Part shown: in pieces, positions 37,260-51,631 of the stretch
Layout: each line of letters starts with the position of its first letter
Numbering within the stretch: the stretch's first letter is position 1
Origin: the human T2T-CHM13v2.0 reference genome, Homo sapiens
Reading direction: 5' to 3' (one strand)
Length of the DNA stretch: 64,000 bases
Assembly: GCF_009914755.1 (NCBI RefSeq)
Contig: NC_060939.1
Made by a program: the position numbers and the translations under genes
Notes under the pieces: generated by a model
The model's database searches: none
What the model saw: the letters and a program-made list of their open reading frames with translations, nothing else
What the model was told of the DNA's origin: nothing

Positions 37260-39160
37260 TGTTGCCCAGGTCTCAGGGTGGTGCAGACTTGAGCACAGGG
37301 AAAGACACCACTCCTTCCGCATCATTCAATCTGAAAATGGACTGTGGAGCCCAGCAGCTTCATATTGGTCGGTCATCCCTTTGGATTGAACATTGGCCCT
37401 ACAAAACTTCTCTTTTCAAATGCAACTCTCTCTTGCTGTCCTCCCCATCCCTCTTTTCCCATGCAGGGAGTGGGACAATATACCAGGCCCATTTCTGGCA
37501 TTGAGGATGGAACCGGGGCAGATGGGAGGTAAAGAAAAAGGAGAAAACGTGTTTTTTGTTTGTTTTTTTTTTTTTTTTTTTTTTTTGCTAACTCTGAGTT
37601 GAGCGTTTCAGGAGTGGCTTGGGTTGCCAGCATTGGGGAGTGTGACGGAGCCAATGGGCCATGAAATTTCAGAGCATCTTGTGGTTGAAGTGGAGGGGCA
37701 CACCAGGAAGGGGCAGCCACTCTGCAGTTTCACTCAGATCCTGGCTGAGACCCCAGCCCTCACCTCCGGGAGCCTGCAGTTGTGAAGATACGTTCTTTCT
37801 AAATGTGTCTCTATATCTAGGCACATCTAAATATGCTTAGCATTTGACCTGCACATAACGAGAGCTCAAAAAATGCCTACTAAAAAAAGAAATAAACAAA
37901 TGCAAGCGTGAGGCCAAGGCCGGCTCCCAGCATTGCTGACCCTCAGCCCACCATGTGTCTCATCTTCTAGGCAGGGCTTATGTTCCAAACCAGCCTGGCA
38001 TCCTCACATGTGGGACCCTCGGCCACAACCCAGCTTCCTGTTGTAAAGATAAAAGGCTATTTAACATTTCCTGTAAATTGCACTTAGGCTCCGGATCAAA
38101 GGGTCCCGCTGGGACTGCTATTTCAAACCTCAGTTCTCTTAGTGAGGAGCTCCCTGAGCCAGGGCGGTCGATACTGACAGAGGGAAGCCTCTGCTGCCTG
38201 TGGGGGTGCTCAGGCAGACATACTAGGCCCTTGCCCCCAGGGGCTTATCCCAAGGGGTTGGTCACCCCATGTCCATTAGAAGTGCAGATCAGGAAAGGAG
38301 GGTCTCTGAAGGCCATCACGCAGGTGTCAGGGAATGAAGGCAGCCAGAGCGGCAGTGAAGGACACACAGCATGCTGCCCAGGAGCAGTCCTTGAGTTGCA
38401 AACCACAGAACAGCTTGGGACTGGATGAGGCAGGGTCCTTGCTGGAGAGATGGCAGGAAACTCACAGGAGGGCCCGTGGCTGAGAACCAATCTGAGAAAC
38501 AGAATGAGAGCCAAGCCAGGCTGGTCCTGGAGCTCCTGGCTAGGGAAGCTGTGGAGAAGGATGTTCTTGGACCTGCCCCTACACTCCTGCTTCTCACTGG
38601 GCTCCAGTGGCAAAGCCCTGGGAGGGGTGGGAGCTGGGCTCAGCTTGGGGCCTGGGCCTGCCCCTAGCTGGGGTGAGCAGCCCCTCCCTCGAGAGCCCCT
38701 CCGAGCCTGCACCAGAGGGAGAGCCTGGGGGCATCGGGCAAGGAGGGTGTTCTCTGGGCAGCGAGGAGATCAGCATGGGCAGGACTCAGGCAGGGCCTCT
38801 TGCTGGGGGCTTGGCCTCTTGCTGGGCACTTGGTGTCTTGAGACGGGCTCCAAATGGTAAAAAGCATAAGCACCTCCTCCTTTATGGTTTTATGAGCAAA
38901 TGTGTGATTTCCCCCACTGTTGTTTTGGAGACTGTTGAAAGCCTGCTTCCATGTAACCCAATACAGCCAGCTTTTCACTACTTTACCCCTCTCCAAGTCT
39001 TTTTTCACCTTCTCTTTCCCCTGGAAAAGTGGAACAAATTAGGCAGGCAGGTGATGGGATTTTATGCACCCAAGTAGGCCAAAATAGAAAAACTATAAAG
39101 GCCAAGCAGTCTTCAACTCTAGGTACCCAGAGGATTCCTTTACTATAGAACAGCACCCAG

Positions 39161-39341
39161 TTAGTTGGTGTGTAGGTGCTCACACCTGTGGTCTCAGCGC
39201 TCAGAGGCTCAGGGAGGAGGATCACTTGAGCCCTGGAGTTTGAGGCTGCAGTGAGCTGTGATTGCGCCACTGCACTCAAGTGTGGGTGACAGAGTGAGAC
39301 CTCATTTCTGTTTTTTAAAATAATATTTTAAAGAAAAAATA
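39161..39341 (+). mobile_element. Alu right monomer (FRAM / truncated AluJ)
   Basis: ggaggatcacttgagccc...gaggctgcagtgagctgtgattgcgccactgcactc; TSD aa(c/t)agcacccag at 39149-39160 and 39342-39353. Confidence 0.85.
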
Positions 39342-39524
39342 AATAGCACCCAGGACTCCCTAATTGCTGCTTGTTAGAACAGGAAAGCTCAACGTTTTAG
39401 AATGATTTTCATATGAAATGGTTAATACTTTTAACAATATATAGTTCTTAAATTGAGAACCTTAAATTAGCTGGAAATAAACTTTTTGGAGCCCCTCTTG
39501 GATCTCCAGGCCAGCAGGCATTCA

Positions 39525-39988
<464 letters not shown>

Positions 39989-41309
39989 TAATATCAGCCC
40001 TGTCAGTAAGAGCTGTGGGACACTGGGCAAGTTACTTCAACAAACCCTGGCCAGCCTGAGAGAAGAAGGGGATAGAAAACACTTGGAGTTAGTTCTGAGA
40101 ATTAAACGAGATCCTATAGGTAAAGCCCCTACCACAAGGCCTGGTGTAGAGAAGGTACCCAGTGAGGTTAATTGAATGGAAAAGTGGGGGAGAAGGAAAA
40201 GGGTGGACTGGCGGATCCCCGCATGGTGTAATAGCGTCCCAGATCCTACCGGACCTGCCAGCTGCTGCCTGAAATTCTACCATTAAAGCATCTTCCCTTT
40301 AGCCTGAAGCACTGATTCCAATTAAAATGCTAATTATCTCCAAGGGTTCTACTTTTCAATTTTTTTTTTTTTTTTTTTTTGCTAGTTTTTATCATTGACC
40401 CAGAGTGTGAATGAGGGATCTGAGAGCTGCTCTTCATGAACAGAGGTTGGAGAGGACAGCCTATTCCTCCAACAAGCCAATTTCTGCAGCCCCATGGCCA
40501 TCGTTTCCCATCTGGTCCCTACCTTGGTTGGGGTGCCCTTCTCACGAGCACCTGCATCCTCCACACCCACTCCAGCTGCTGTGCCTTTGGGCTTGTCTTT
40601 CCTTCTGCCTGGAGCGCCCTCCTTGCTCCTCTCCGGCCCACCCTCCAAGGCCCAGCTCAAATCCCACCTCCAGCTCACGGCTCTTTCACTTTCCTCTCCT
40701 CCAGGATATCATCACCCCCATCTGCTTTAGCCGTTAATGAAGGATGACAGTGTGCAGTGCGATGGTGATTCTGAGAAAGGCTTGTGTGTGGATAGCAGCT
40801 CCAGTTCCCAGAGGTCTTCCATAGGCAGTATAGATCACGAGGCCAGTGTCATGGGAGAGAACATGGTTCTTGGAGCTGGGCAAACTGCTCACATCCCAAT
40901 TCCACCACCATGGGACCACATGCATTCATCAACACCTCCAAGGCCCGGTCTCCTCCTCTATAGGATGGAGAATCAGCATGAGGAACAATGTAAGAATGTA
41001 GATAAAAGGCCTGATATTTAATAGGGTCCCAGAATACCAGCTGCATCTTCTTTCTCATGATAGATGATAACACTCAGCCTGAGCATTATTATCCCCATTG
41101 GACGATAGATAAACTGAGGCCCATGAAGGTAAAGAGACTTGTCCAAGGTCACATGGCAGCCTGGTGCCCCAGCCAGCGCCTCCCTGGCTCCTGCTCTCTG
41201 AAGTGGAGCTGTCTGGGTCGATTCGGCCAGCTGGGGGGTGCAGGAGGATGTGAGGTGACCAGAAATAAGAGGCAGCTGGAGGGTACAAATCAGCAGCCCG
41301 GAGAAGCCT

Positions 41310-41465
41310 CTGCTCTGGGGATTAATTAAACAGAGGCTTTCATGTCATCTCTCTAACAAGGTTCTCCGTCTCCCACGGTTTTGCTGGAGTGGAGTTAATC
41401 TCGGTTTCTCTCTGCACTTCAGCTGTTGATGCTGAGGCGATTATGAAGTGAGCAGCTGTCACCTC
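41310..41465. promoter_or_regulatory. Short candidate enhancer-like island
   Basis: GGATTAATTAA, TTAATC (bicoid-class cores), TGTCA x2, CAGCTG x2. Confidence 0.3.
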
Positions 41466-41814
41466 AGAGGGGAGGGAGCATGGGGCAGAATCGGGTCAGC
41501 ACTGTAAGGGTCTGTGCTCCTTTTTTACAGGTGGGGAAACTGAGGCTGGAAGGGACTGGCCAGAGGTTTCTTTGCAAAGAGCTTCCCATGCCCACTAGCC
41601 AGGAACTGACTTGGGCAGGTGAAAGTCCAGGAGAGAAAGTGAAGACGGCATGGAAGCCTGTGTTCATTCCTATGGTCATTCTCAAACATTTACCCTGGGG
41701 CCCAACTCCCTACTAGGCCTGGGAGCCCAGGGGGAATGCAGGAAGGCTTTCTTGAGCAAGTGTTGCTTCTTGCTGAGTCTTGGAGGACAAGTAGCATGTT
41801 AGCTAGAGATTTAC

Positions 41815-42031
41815 ATTCTGGACACTAGAGACATTTGGGGCTGAATAATCCTTTGCTGTGAGGACTGCCCTGCACGTTGTAGGATGTTTAGCAGCATTCC
41901 TGGCCTCTGCCCTCTGGACACCAGCAGCACCACCATCCTTCCGCCCCCTACCAGTCGTGACAACCATAAACATCTCCAGACATTACCAAATGTCCCATGG
42001 AGAACACAGTCACCTCTCATTGAGAACCCCT
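41815..42031 (-). mobile_element. MER20 hAT-Charlie MITE
   Basis: gtaggatgtttagcagcattcctggcctct...gtgacaacc...tctccagacattaccaaatgtccc...ttgagaaccc. Confidence 0.88.
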
Positions 42032-44659
42032 AGATAAATTAAGGAGGGGCATTCCAGACAGGGGAAATCCCGTGAGACACAGGAGAAGGTTTGACACTGT
42101 TGGGGAATCACAAGGTTTGTCCAATGTGAGTGAGACATTCCTTCCAGGCTGTGGGGGTGGGCGGAGAGGCGGTTGCAGACATCCTCAGGGATATCTAATG
42201 AAAGGCATTGTGTGCTCAGCTCAGGCTCCTGTAAACCGTTCTGGAAGTTACTGTTCTCTTAATCTGACCTCTTCAGCTGACAGCAGGTTTCTTGTCTTAT
42301 CCACCTGTGTGTTGAAGCCTCAGCAAATACCCTGGGGGTTGAGCTTCTGCAGGAACTCTGAGACCACATTGTCTCTGTGGGGGCTGCACACACAGCTGGC
42401 AGTTGCGCCTTCACCTTTAGAATAATCACAGGCATCCAGATCACACCGTGTCCCTTTCCTGACTCAGTTGACATAAACTTAAAGTTGATTTGTTTAAGTG
42501 ATGACACAAGAAAGAATGTGGGCTAGAAGAGGGGAAGGGTGCAAAGGCATTTTACGACCATCCAGGCATGAGGAAGCTGATTAATTCCCACTTAATGAGT
42601 ATATTAGATTCCCTCTTCAATCAAAACATCTATTAGAAAAGTCACCTATACCAGATGGATCAAGGAAACAGATGTTTTCAAACCTTGACCAAAGATTAGC
42701 CAATGGAGTCTTTTAATTGATGCCTGCCTAAGTGCATGTAAGATAATATTCACTTTAGGAGGACCAGTTTGTCCACAATGTGTTCAGCCAAAGACATTGC
42801 ATGAAGCGAGTCACCCCATGTTAGTCTGTACCTAATTCCCAACCCAAATACACTTGACTATTTTGGTCTAGACCACACTTGATCATCACAAACAGCCACC
42901 AAATCCCTCTCCTCTCCTATTTACGGATGGAAACAGCTGCTGTATTTGCATGCCCTGCTCCTTAATATAAACACAACTCTGATTTCCTAACTTTCTTTGG
43001 GGAATTCCTCCTGGGCGTCCATGTTTATTTATGAAGCTGGTGTGGAAATACAGCAGGCACCATTGTACTTTCTGGGGGTTTAGTTGAGGTCAGCGGTGGA
43101 GTGATAGCATTACTTGGATGAAGGAGTAGAGCACCCCAATGCCAGTGGGCCACCCCCGTCTCCTAGGCATCAAAGCCCCATCCCCCAGGCCAGGATCAGA
43201 TTTTCCTTGAAAAGGATCTTCGTGCCATGGATTATCTTATCTTTCGGTTGCTTCATTTTGCTTTGCCTGCCAGGCAGCTCAGAGGTTAATCAGATCTTAT
43301 CTCAGGCTCCCAAACAGTTCTTTCTCCCAATTCTCTAAATGGCTTGAGAAACCTCTTTGGTTTATTTCTTTCTCTTTTTGGCTACTTTATATATGTATTA
43401 CTATTGTAAACTCCCTTAAATACATTCAGGAAGTAGATGGGGTATAAGTCACGAACAAATAAACCTCAAATGCACTAAACATTTCCTCCCACCTCCATGA
43501 AAATGTAGCTATTTTTTGTCTTTTTTGCTGGAGGATTCCTCCTGTATTAGAGAGCTGATAAAAATGGTGAGATGGAGTGTTAGCCCTGGAACGGACCATT
43601 TCTTCTAGGAAAAAGGAAGAAATTCGCATTATGAACTGCCCAAAGTCATTTGCCTGTATTTTCAACATAGAGAGGAGAACACCAAGGTCCAGAAAAAAAG
43701 AGAAATGTTTTTTTCTCAAGCCAAGACTAGAGCCCGTGTCTCCCAGCAGCTCCCAGCCTGGGGCTCCATGCATCACTGCCCTGCTGTATCTGTGGGGCTG
43801 ATGAGGCACTGCCAGTCAGTGAGTTAACAGAGACCTACTCAAGCCAGTTTCTTGTTCCTACAGGGAAGTTCTACTGGTGGGAATGTCAAAGGGAAATCAG
43901 AGATTTTAGCAACCCAGTTCACTGTTTAGGTTCTGAGCACATGGGAGGACCTCAGCTGTGGTATTCAGACAGCTTGTTGTCAGCCTGTGTTACAAAGCCT
44001 TGTGTTGCAATGTGACAGAACAGGTTGGGAGCAAATAGGCCCGGGCTTTTAACCCAGAAGGAGAGGGCAGCAGCTTCTAAAATTTAGGTAAGGTTAAGAG
44101 TCAACCCCAAAAAGGACAATTCTGGCTTCTCAGATTGGGACATCTGGGCCTACCTTCTGTACGATGCTTGGATTTCCTATAGTAATTTGGCCATGTGTTT
44201 GCCCAGCCTCACCTTGACCATCTCCAGGGACAGAGAATTCATTACCTACATGGGGTTTGAGCCAGCTGAAACAGAGAAGAACAGGCAGGTGGCGGATGTC
44301 CTGACTCCCAGGGTCCTGGGTCCCCCAGGTCAAAGAGATGTAGTGAGAGAGCATTTGGGTGGTGTATATTTCTAGAACAAAGGGAGCTCCCCAGCTGTCT
44401 TCTGGGACCCTGCATATACCATGGGTACTGGCCTGAGCTGGTCCCCCTTATTAAGGCAGCCATGGGTCCTTGGATCACCTCCCTCAGGAGTCCACTGTGC
44501 AGTGCCTGGCCTGCCTTAAGAGATGAGAGTGGGATGCTGAGGGCTGTAGCCAGGAAGAGCCAAAATAAAGGCTGGAAAATAAAGCTGCTTTTTATCCTAG
44601 ACATCTTCTCTGTGAGAGGGAGATCGGGAATTAGGTTTGGGAGGGGTGAGGTACAGGGT

Positions 44660-45159
44660 TCTGATTTGTAGTTTTTGATGATTCCCATGGTGTATTAGTC
44701 TGTTCTCATGCTGCTGAGAGACATACCCAAGACTGGGAAATTTACAAAAGAAAGAGGTTTAATTGGACTCATAGTTCCACATGGCTAGGGAGGCCCCACA
44801 ATCATGGCAGAAGGCAAGGAGGAGCAAGTCACATCTTACATTGATGTCAGCAGGCAAAAAGAGAGAGCTTGTGCAGGGAAACTCCCGTTTTTAAAACCAT
44901 CAGATCTCGTGAGACTCGTTCTCTATGACGAGAACAATGCAGAAAAGACCTGCCCCCATAATTCAATCACCTCCCACCAGGTTCCTCCCACAACATGTGA
45001 GATTTGGGTGGGGACACAGTCAAACCATATCACATGGTGTAAATAATCCCACCAGGGTCAATTTCCAGCTGCCCATGTGAGGCCGCTACTGCAGAACTGG
45101 AAAGAGAGACTAACAATCATCTTCCTAACAGGTCCCAGCTGGCCCCAGCACATCACTGG
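44660..45159 (-). mobile_element. MER63-like hAT-Blackjack MITE split by a THE1 LTR
   Basis: ctgatttgtag...cccatgg | tgtaaataatcccacca...ccagcacatcactgg joins into one element when 44691-45037 is removed. Confidence 0.65.
44691..45032 (-). mobile_element. THE1 (THE1A/B-like) solo LTR
   Basis: tgtattagtctgttctcatgctgct ... gggacacagtcaaaccatatca; TSD CATGG at 44686-44690 and 45033-45037. Confidence 0.93.
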
Positions 45160-46209
45160 CTGAATCCATGGTCTGGTCTTAGTCACTGCTCTGATTCTAA
45201 CCTGCCCTATACATTCTGGCTTGGTTTCCACATCTACACAACAGAAGTAAGAACAGCTGTCTTCACATGCCCCACAGAGGTCATCAGGTAGTTTTTGGAG
45301 AAGTCTTAGAAAATAATAAAAGTTTTACATTATCATCAAGTTTGATCTTCTGAGGCAAAATAAAGAAAATGCACAAGAGTATAGCTATCAAGATGGAACA
45401 AAGAGAGAGGCCTGAGTTTTGAATCCAAAACCCCAGCCTTGAGTCCAAGTGGTTACCTGTGAAACCTTGGGCCCTAGCTTCCCCACCTGTGAAATGTGTG
45501 TCCCACTTCACACTGTGGCAACCTCCAGGGGTATTGTGAAACCCAGGGGGATTAAAGAAAAAATATACATTTTCAAGAGCCCATGTATGGGAGAAGGAGA
45601 CGATTGTATCATTAAGACAGATGTAACAAAAAAGAGGGCCAGCCCAATCATCAAAGGGACAATTTATGCTCCAGAAAATGAATCCCTAATTATTCCTTTC
45701 AGTTCTAAAGAGACAGGGGCCCAGAAGAGAAGCCGGCAGCTCATCCTTCACGTGACTGTTTAAGCCTGGACCAGGAAGAGGAACAACTGTACATACACAC
45801 GGGCAAGAGTTTGAATATCTAATTTGATGGGGCATATAAATTGGCAGTTATTCAAATGAGAACATTTGCATATATAGGGCTTAAGGCTACATAATTCCTT
45901 AATATTTTTTTCCATGATGCAGAGTAAGGACTTTAAATCTTTGTCCTTCTTTTCAAGGGTTTTAGGAAGGGATTGAAAAGGCAGCTAAATGGAGCCCAGG
46001 CTGCCCCTGGGTACACCAGGATTTGGGTGTGGGGTTTGCACCCAAGAGATGCTCAGGGGCCCTTCTCTGGGACAGAAGAGGTGGCATCACAATTGTTTTC
46101 CTATGCATCTGACCATGGCTTCCCAGCTTGCCAGTGCCCAGCTAGAGCACCTCCCTTGTTTCTGAGGGTAGCAGACGCTATTGGCTGGCTCCTCTAGGTC
46201 CAAGTAGAG

Positions 46210-46741
46210 CAGGGACTCTCAAAGTGGGGCCCCCAACCAGCCACATCAGCACTTCCTGGGAACTTGTTAGAAATGCAAATTCTCAGGCCCATCCAGCACC
46301 CCCCGAATCAACAACTGGGGGTGGGGCCCAACACCTGTGTTTTAACAAGTCCACCAGGTGATTTATTTATTTATCCATTCATTAATTAATTCATTCACTC
46401 ATTCGTTTAGAGACAGGGTCTCACTCTGGCTCCCAGGCTGTAGTTTCATGGTGTAATCACAGCTCATTACAGCTTCGACGTCCTGGGCTCAAGCAATCCT
46501 CACACCTCAGCCTCCCAAGTAGCTGGGACTACAGGTGTGCACCACTGTGCCCTGCTGATTTTTTTTTAAAATATTTTTTGTAGAGATGAGATTTTGCCAT
46601 TTTCCCAGACTGGTCTTAAACTCCTGGGCTCAAGTGATCCTCATGCCTCAGCCTCCTAAAGTTCTGGGATTCCAGGTGTAAGCCACTGCGCCCGGCCCTC
46701 ACCAGGTAATTCTGATGCGTGCTCAAGTTGGAGAGCCGCTG
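46210..46741 (+). mobile_element. MER5A split by an AluJ
   Basis: catcagcacttcctgggaacttgttagaaatgcaaattctcaggccc ... resumes ttctgatgcgtgctcaagttggagagccgctg. Confidence 0.85.
46364..46697 (-). mobile_element. AluJ SINE
   Basis: Antisense Alu with J-type gggctcaagcaatcc/gacagggtctcac; TSD caccaggt(g/a)att at 46352-46363 and 46700-46711. Confidence 0.92.
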
Positions 46742-47757
46742 TGCTAGAGCATCCCCGACATGGGAATCTGTTTTACATATATAGAGCTTAATCTTACACA
46801 ATCATTTGGGTTCATTTCCCAAGGCCAATTCCAAGTTCTCATCCAGTGCCTTTTAGGGATGGTTTTGACTTCTGGCAAAGGAGGAGGGAGAATCCTGGTT
46901 TTCTTTCAGGAAGGGAAAGGAGGAGGAAACCCTGTTCCTCTGATGTTTGGTGGCCTGGGTGTCAGCAGGCAGCATGGGACCCTCCTGTCTGATCTCACGC
47001 TGACCTTCCTCACAGGCTGGGTGGTGGAGCCCAGGAGGGCTCCTATCTTGGATGGATGGAGGTAGCCCTAGGTCATGGCTGAAGAACCTTGAAGTTGCTG
47101 GAATTTTTCAGCCCTCTCTGTTGGGCCCAGGCCCTGAGAAAAGCCTCTACCCTCTATTACTCAACAGTTTCTAAGGCCCACCCTGTGCCAGGTGCTCAAC
47201 CAGATGGTGGGCCCAGAGCAAACCTGGGTGGGGTGGGCCCATCCTTAAGGAATGTGCTGCCCTGCAGAGGAGGCCCTGACAATGACTGACTTCAATCAAG
47301 AGCTGAGAGCTCTTGTAGGGGATGTGCAGGTGGTCTTGGGACCAAGCAGCAGGGAAATGCCACCTGGTCCAAAGGTCAGGGAATGATTCCTAAGGATGGT
47401 GGGAGGAAGACAAGTGGTCAGTGTGGCCAGAGCTTCATGTTTAAATAGGACGCAGGGCCCAAGAAGCAAGTGAGATTCTCGAGGCAACAGGGAGTGTTTG
47501 AAATGCACTAAACAGGGGAAGGAGTTAATGGGATTGATGTTCTGCGAAGGCCACACTCTCTACAGGGTGGAGCCTGGGTTAGAAACAAGGTTGAAGGAAG
47601 AGATCTCAGAGAGGGGCTATTAGGACAATCCAGGAGAGACAGGATGGCAGACTGAACAGGAAGTGGCAGTGAGATAGAGAGAAATGATGCTCATTAGCAG
47701 CAGATGGAGTTGCCTGGAGAGGGAGGTCCTCTGAATGTTGTGGTGAGAGAGGGGCTA

Positions 47758-48132
47758 TGATATGGTTTGACTGTGTCCCCACTCAAATCTCAAATTGTAG
47801 CTCCCACAATTCCCACGTGTCATGGGAGGGACCAAGTGGGAGGTAATTGAATCATGAGGGTGGGTCTTTCTCATGCTGTTCTCATGACTGTGAATAAGTC
47901 TCATGAGATCCGATGGTTTTGTAAAGGGGAGTGCCCCTGCATATGCTCTTTCTCTTGCCTGTCACCATGTAAGATGTGACGTTGCTTCTCCTTTACCCCT
48001 ACTTTGCCTTCCACCATGAATGTATGGCCTCTGCAGCCACATGGAACTGTGAGTCCATTAAACTTCTTTTTCTTTATAAATTACCTAGTCTCAGGTATGT
48101 CTTTATTAGCAGCATGAGAACAGACTAATACA
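47758..48132 (+). mobile_element. THE1B/C-like solo LTR
   Basis: tgatatggtttgactgtgtcccc ... gagaacagactaataca; TSD GGCT(A/T) at 47753-47757 and 48133-48137. Confidence 0.93.
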
Positions 48133-48569
48133 GGCTTTCTCCCAAGTGTCTGGCTTGGGCATCTGGAAAGCTGCACAGTGCTTACCAGAGCTAAAAAGCC
48201 CTGGGTTAAGATCAGGTTTGAGTTGCCAGATTTGTCTCCTAGACAAATGGCCCTGCCTTAGCACTCTGAATAACTGGATTTGTAGTTGTGGTCTTGGCTC
48301 TCAGTGCAGGTAACTGGTTGGGGTCATCCCAGTCTGGGCTGGACATGCCATGCAGTAGGGGTGGGCTACAGAAAAGACAAGGGATGGAGACTCAGGTCAA
48401 CCCAGGGTGGAAGAGGCAGTCAGAAGAGCTGACTCAACAGGATAAAAAGGAAGACGTTAAGGTAATGTAAGTGAATCCCAGAGAGGAAATATGGAGCCTG
48501 GATACAGATCAGGATAAAGGAGCTGGGATTGAGGTCCTCTGGGCTGGACCTAGAGTAGAGCTGATAAGC

Positions 48570-48930
48570 CCAAGTAGGCCATAGACAACTATTTGCCAAC
48601 TGCTTATGGTGGTCCATGATTTCATCAAGTACCCAGGCTCCTTCCAGCTCTCTGCTCTGCCAGCCCCAAAGTGTGGCCCCATTCTCTTATTTACAAGATG
48701 GCTGCTGGAGCTCCAGCTATCATGTCCACGTTCCAGACAGAAAGATTCTAAGAGGAAGGAAGGAACAAAACTCACATGACATCTGAGTCAGCCCCTTTCA
48801 GGGGTTTTCCTTGGGACCCCAGTGGATGACTTGGAGAGGTTGGAACAGCAGTTTTTAGTTAGGCACATGCTACCTCCAAAGTGTAGGGAGGGTAGAATGG
48901 ATATGAGGTAGGCAACTAAAAATCTCTGCT
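48570..48930 (-). mobile_element. MLT1I/J-like LTR relic
   Basis: cccaggctccttccagctctctgctctgcc...acaagatggctgctggagctccagctatcatgtcc. Confidence 0.6.
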
Positions 48931-49505
48931 GCAGGAGGAATAAATAGGAAAAATTAGCATCTTTTCCTCATTAGATTTTACTTTTTAAAAATTAAAAAAA
49001 TTATAAAGATTAACGAATGAAGTCAATGTATTAAGAAAACCAAGAGTGTTTTAAGCCGAAATCATTTAGTTGCAAGGAACAGAAAGCTACTTGGTTGCTT
49101 TAAGTAAAACAGAATTTATTGTAATGATTCATGGGAATATCCCAGATACTGAGTACAGGAAGCTGGTGGGCCCACGAGGCCCTGGAGCCAGAAACAGGGA
49201 ACCTGGCTCAAGGTTTTGATTTTTCTCTTCCCTTCCTCTTCTTAGGTCTCAGTGGGATTCTGTCTCCAGTTCCCCCCGACCTTCTCATCTGCCTCAGATT
49301 CTTTCTGTACCCCTCCCCCTAACTTCATCCTTCCCCTCCCCACTTCTCTTTCTCTGCCTCTCTGTGTCTGTCACTGTCTCTCTCTCTCCTTCTTTGAATT
49401 TTGGCTTTCTCTCCCTTGTGTATAGAGCGGAGAATGGTCACCTTGCTCTGCCAGTTCAAGTGCCAATAGGAAAAGTCTCCAGAACCCCGTTCCAAATTCC
49501 CTGGG

Positions 49506-49874
49506 TGTCTTGTCCACTTGTGCTGCAATAACAAAATACCTGGGACTGAGTAATTTGTAAACAATAAAACATATTTCTCATAGTTCTGGGGGCTTCTTCT
49601 TCCTGGGTTGGTGTCTGATGAGGGTCTGGCCTGGTGCCTTGTTGCTGTGCCCTCCAGAGGAGATGAACACTGTACTCTCACATGGCCGAAGGGTCAAAAG
49701 GGCAAAAAACAGGTCTAGCTAGTTCCCTATAGGCCTTTTATAAGGTGGCTAATCTCATCTAGGAAGGTGGAGTCTTGATGACTTAATCACTTCCTAAAAG
49801 CCTCATCTTAATACTATCACACTGGTCATTAAGTTTCAACATGTGAATTTTGGGGACACATTCAGACCACAGCA
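49506..49874 (-). mobile_element. MSTC/D-like MaLR solo LTR nested in an older MLT1 relic
   Basis: tgtcttgtccacttgtgctgcaataacaaaatacc ... ggggacacattcagaccacagca; TSD CTGGG at 49501-49505 and 49875-49879. Confidence 0.88.
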
Positions 49875-50753
49875 CTGGGATAGAATGTAAGATAGCCCAA
49901 GCCTGGGTCAGATGCCCACCCTCCTGTTTCAGTAGCTCCGCTTCAGGTGGGGCCATCAGCAGAAACTGGGGGCAGATCATCTGGGGTGCTCAGGAGGGCA
50001 GACAGGCACTTAGGCTGTATGTCCCCACAAATACCTGAAGACAGCGTTGCTCTCCTCCTCGTGCTTAACGAAACACTAGCTTTCCTTCCAGGTGTATGGA
50101 GAAAGCTTCTCCCTAATGAGATGTCCCTTTCCAGAAAGGCGCTAGGGTTCTAGGCCAAGTGACTTCCAGACTATTCTTGACTTGTTCCTTTATTTATTTC
50201 CCTCTTCCAAAGGCTGGAGAGTCAAAGCCAAGTAGAACTGTCCTTGTCCTTAGTGGCTCATAACGAGGGGAGGAAGGTAGACAGGTACACCTGTCGCTTT
50301 CAGTAAAATCCAACTGTGGTTTCACATGCTGCATTGTTTGCACAAATAGATTGAGAGCACATTAAACAGCTGGGAAAGACATTGTCAGCACAAGCAGAAG
50401 ACAGAAGTCTCCTCAACAGATTCTCCATGCATTACATAGGAGCAGGAGCAAAAGTGAGAAATGCTGACTCTGGCCAGGGAGAACGAACCGCAGCTGATAA
50501 CATTAAGCAAACTGGCTGAGACCTAGAGGATTCTAGCAAATGACATGACAGAATTAATAAAATACAGCAGTTGGACTTGAATTTCCCAACAGCTGAGAGT
50601 CAACAAGTCTTGATAGCACCAAATCTGGGAAGAAGCCCGAGGCCGCTATAGGCAGCTGAACACGCAAAGCCAAGCTTAGAGAGTGAATTACATCTCATCA
50701 GAGTGACGCTGTCTACTCTTTGCCCTTACAAAGATTTTTTTCAAGTTGAATTT

Positions 50754-50755
<2 letters not shown>

Positions 50756-50791
<36 letters not shown>
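50756..50791 (+). repeat. Pure poly(A)36 tract
   Basis: Direct count; no Alu body upstream. Confidence 0.9.
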
Positions 50792-50793
<2 letters not shown>

Positions 50794-51309
50794 GGTAACA
50801 TATGCAAGTGTTTAAAAATTTTTTTAAATATAATTTCTGGCTTATTTTCCCAAACAATCCAATTTCTTAAAATTTCCAAAGAGTATATGTATATCCCTGG
50901 TTATATATTTTTTAGTTATTTTTCTATATGGAAGAAAACTTAACTCCATGCATCTACCTATTTTAACTGTGTTGAAGCACCACTAATAACCTCCTGACTG
51001 ACAGCACCAGGTACCAGGAGACAGAGTGAGAATTCCCAGCCTCTCAGCTACTAGACTGATGGTGCAAACCTCGCAAAAGAAATGGTGCTCCCTTCCACAT
51101 TGGTTCCACAAACACACACAAATATGCACTTTAAAATGGTAATATATGGTTCTGATGAAGTCACGGTAAAACACATGTTTAGCCAACTGAGTACTCAGAG
51201 AGAAATTTAACAATACATTCCAAGAACCGTTAAGAATGTGTTTTTCCTTCAATCCTGATCATTTGTCCAAAGGGAATAATATTCCCACAACTACCAAAGA
51301 AAAAAGCTA

Positions 51310-51631
<322 letters not shown>

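Noticed and set aside
44691-48132. Two THE1 LTRs as ends of one provirus
   Set aside because: Opposite orientations, different TSDs, and no THE1 internal sequence between them.
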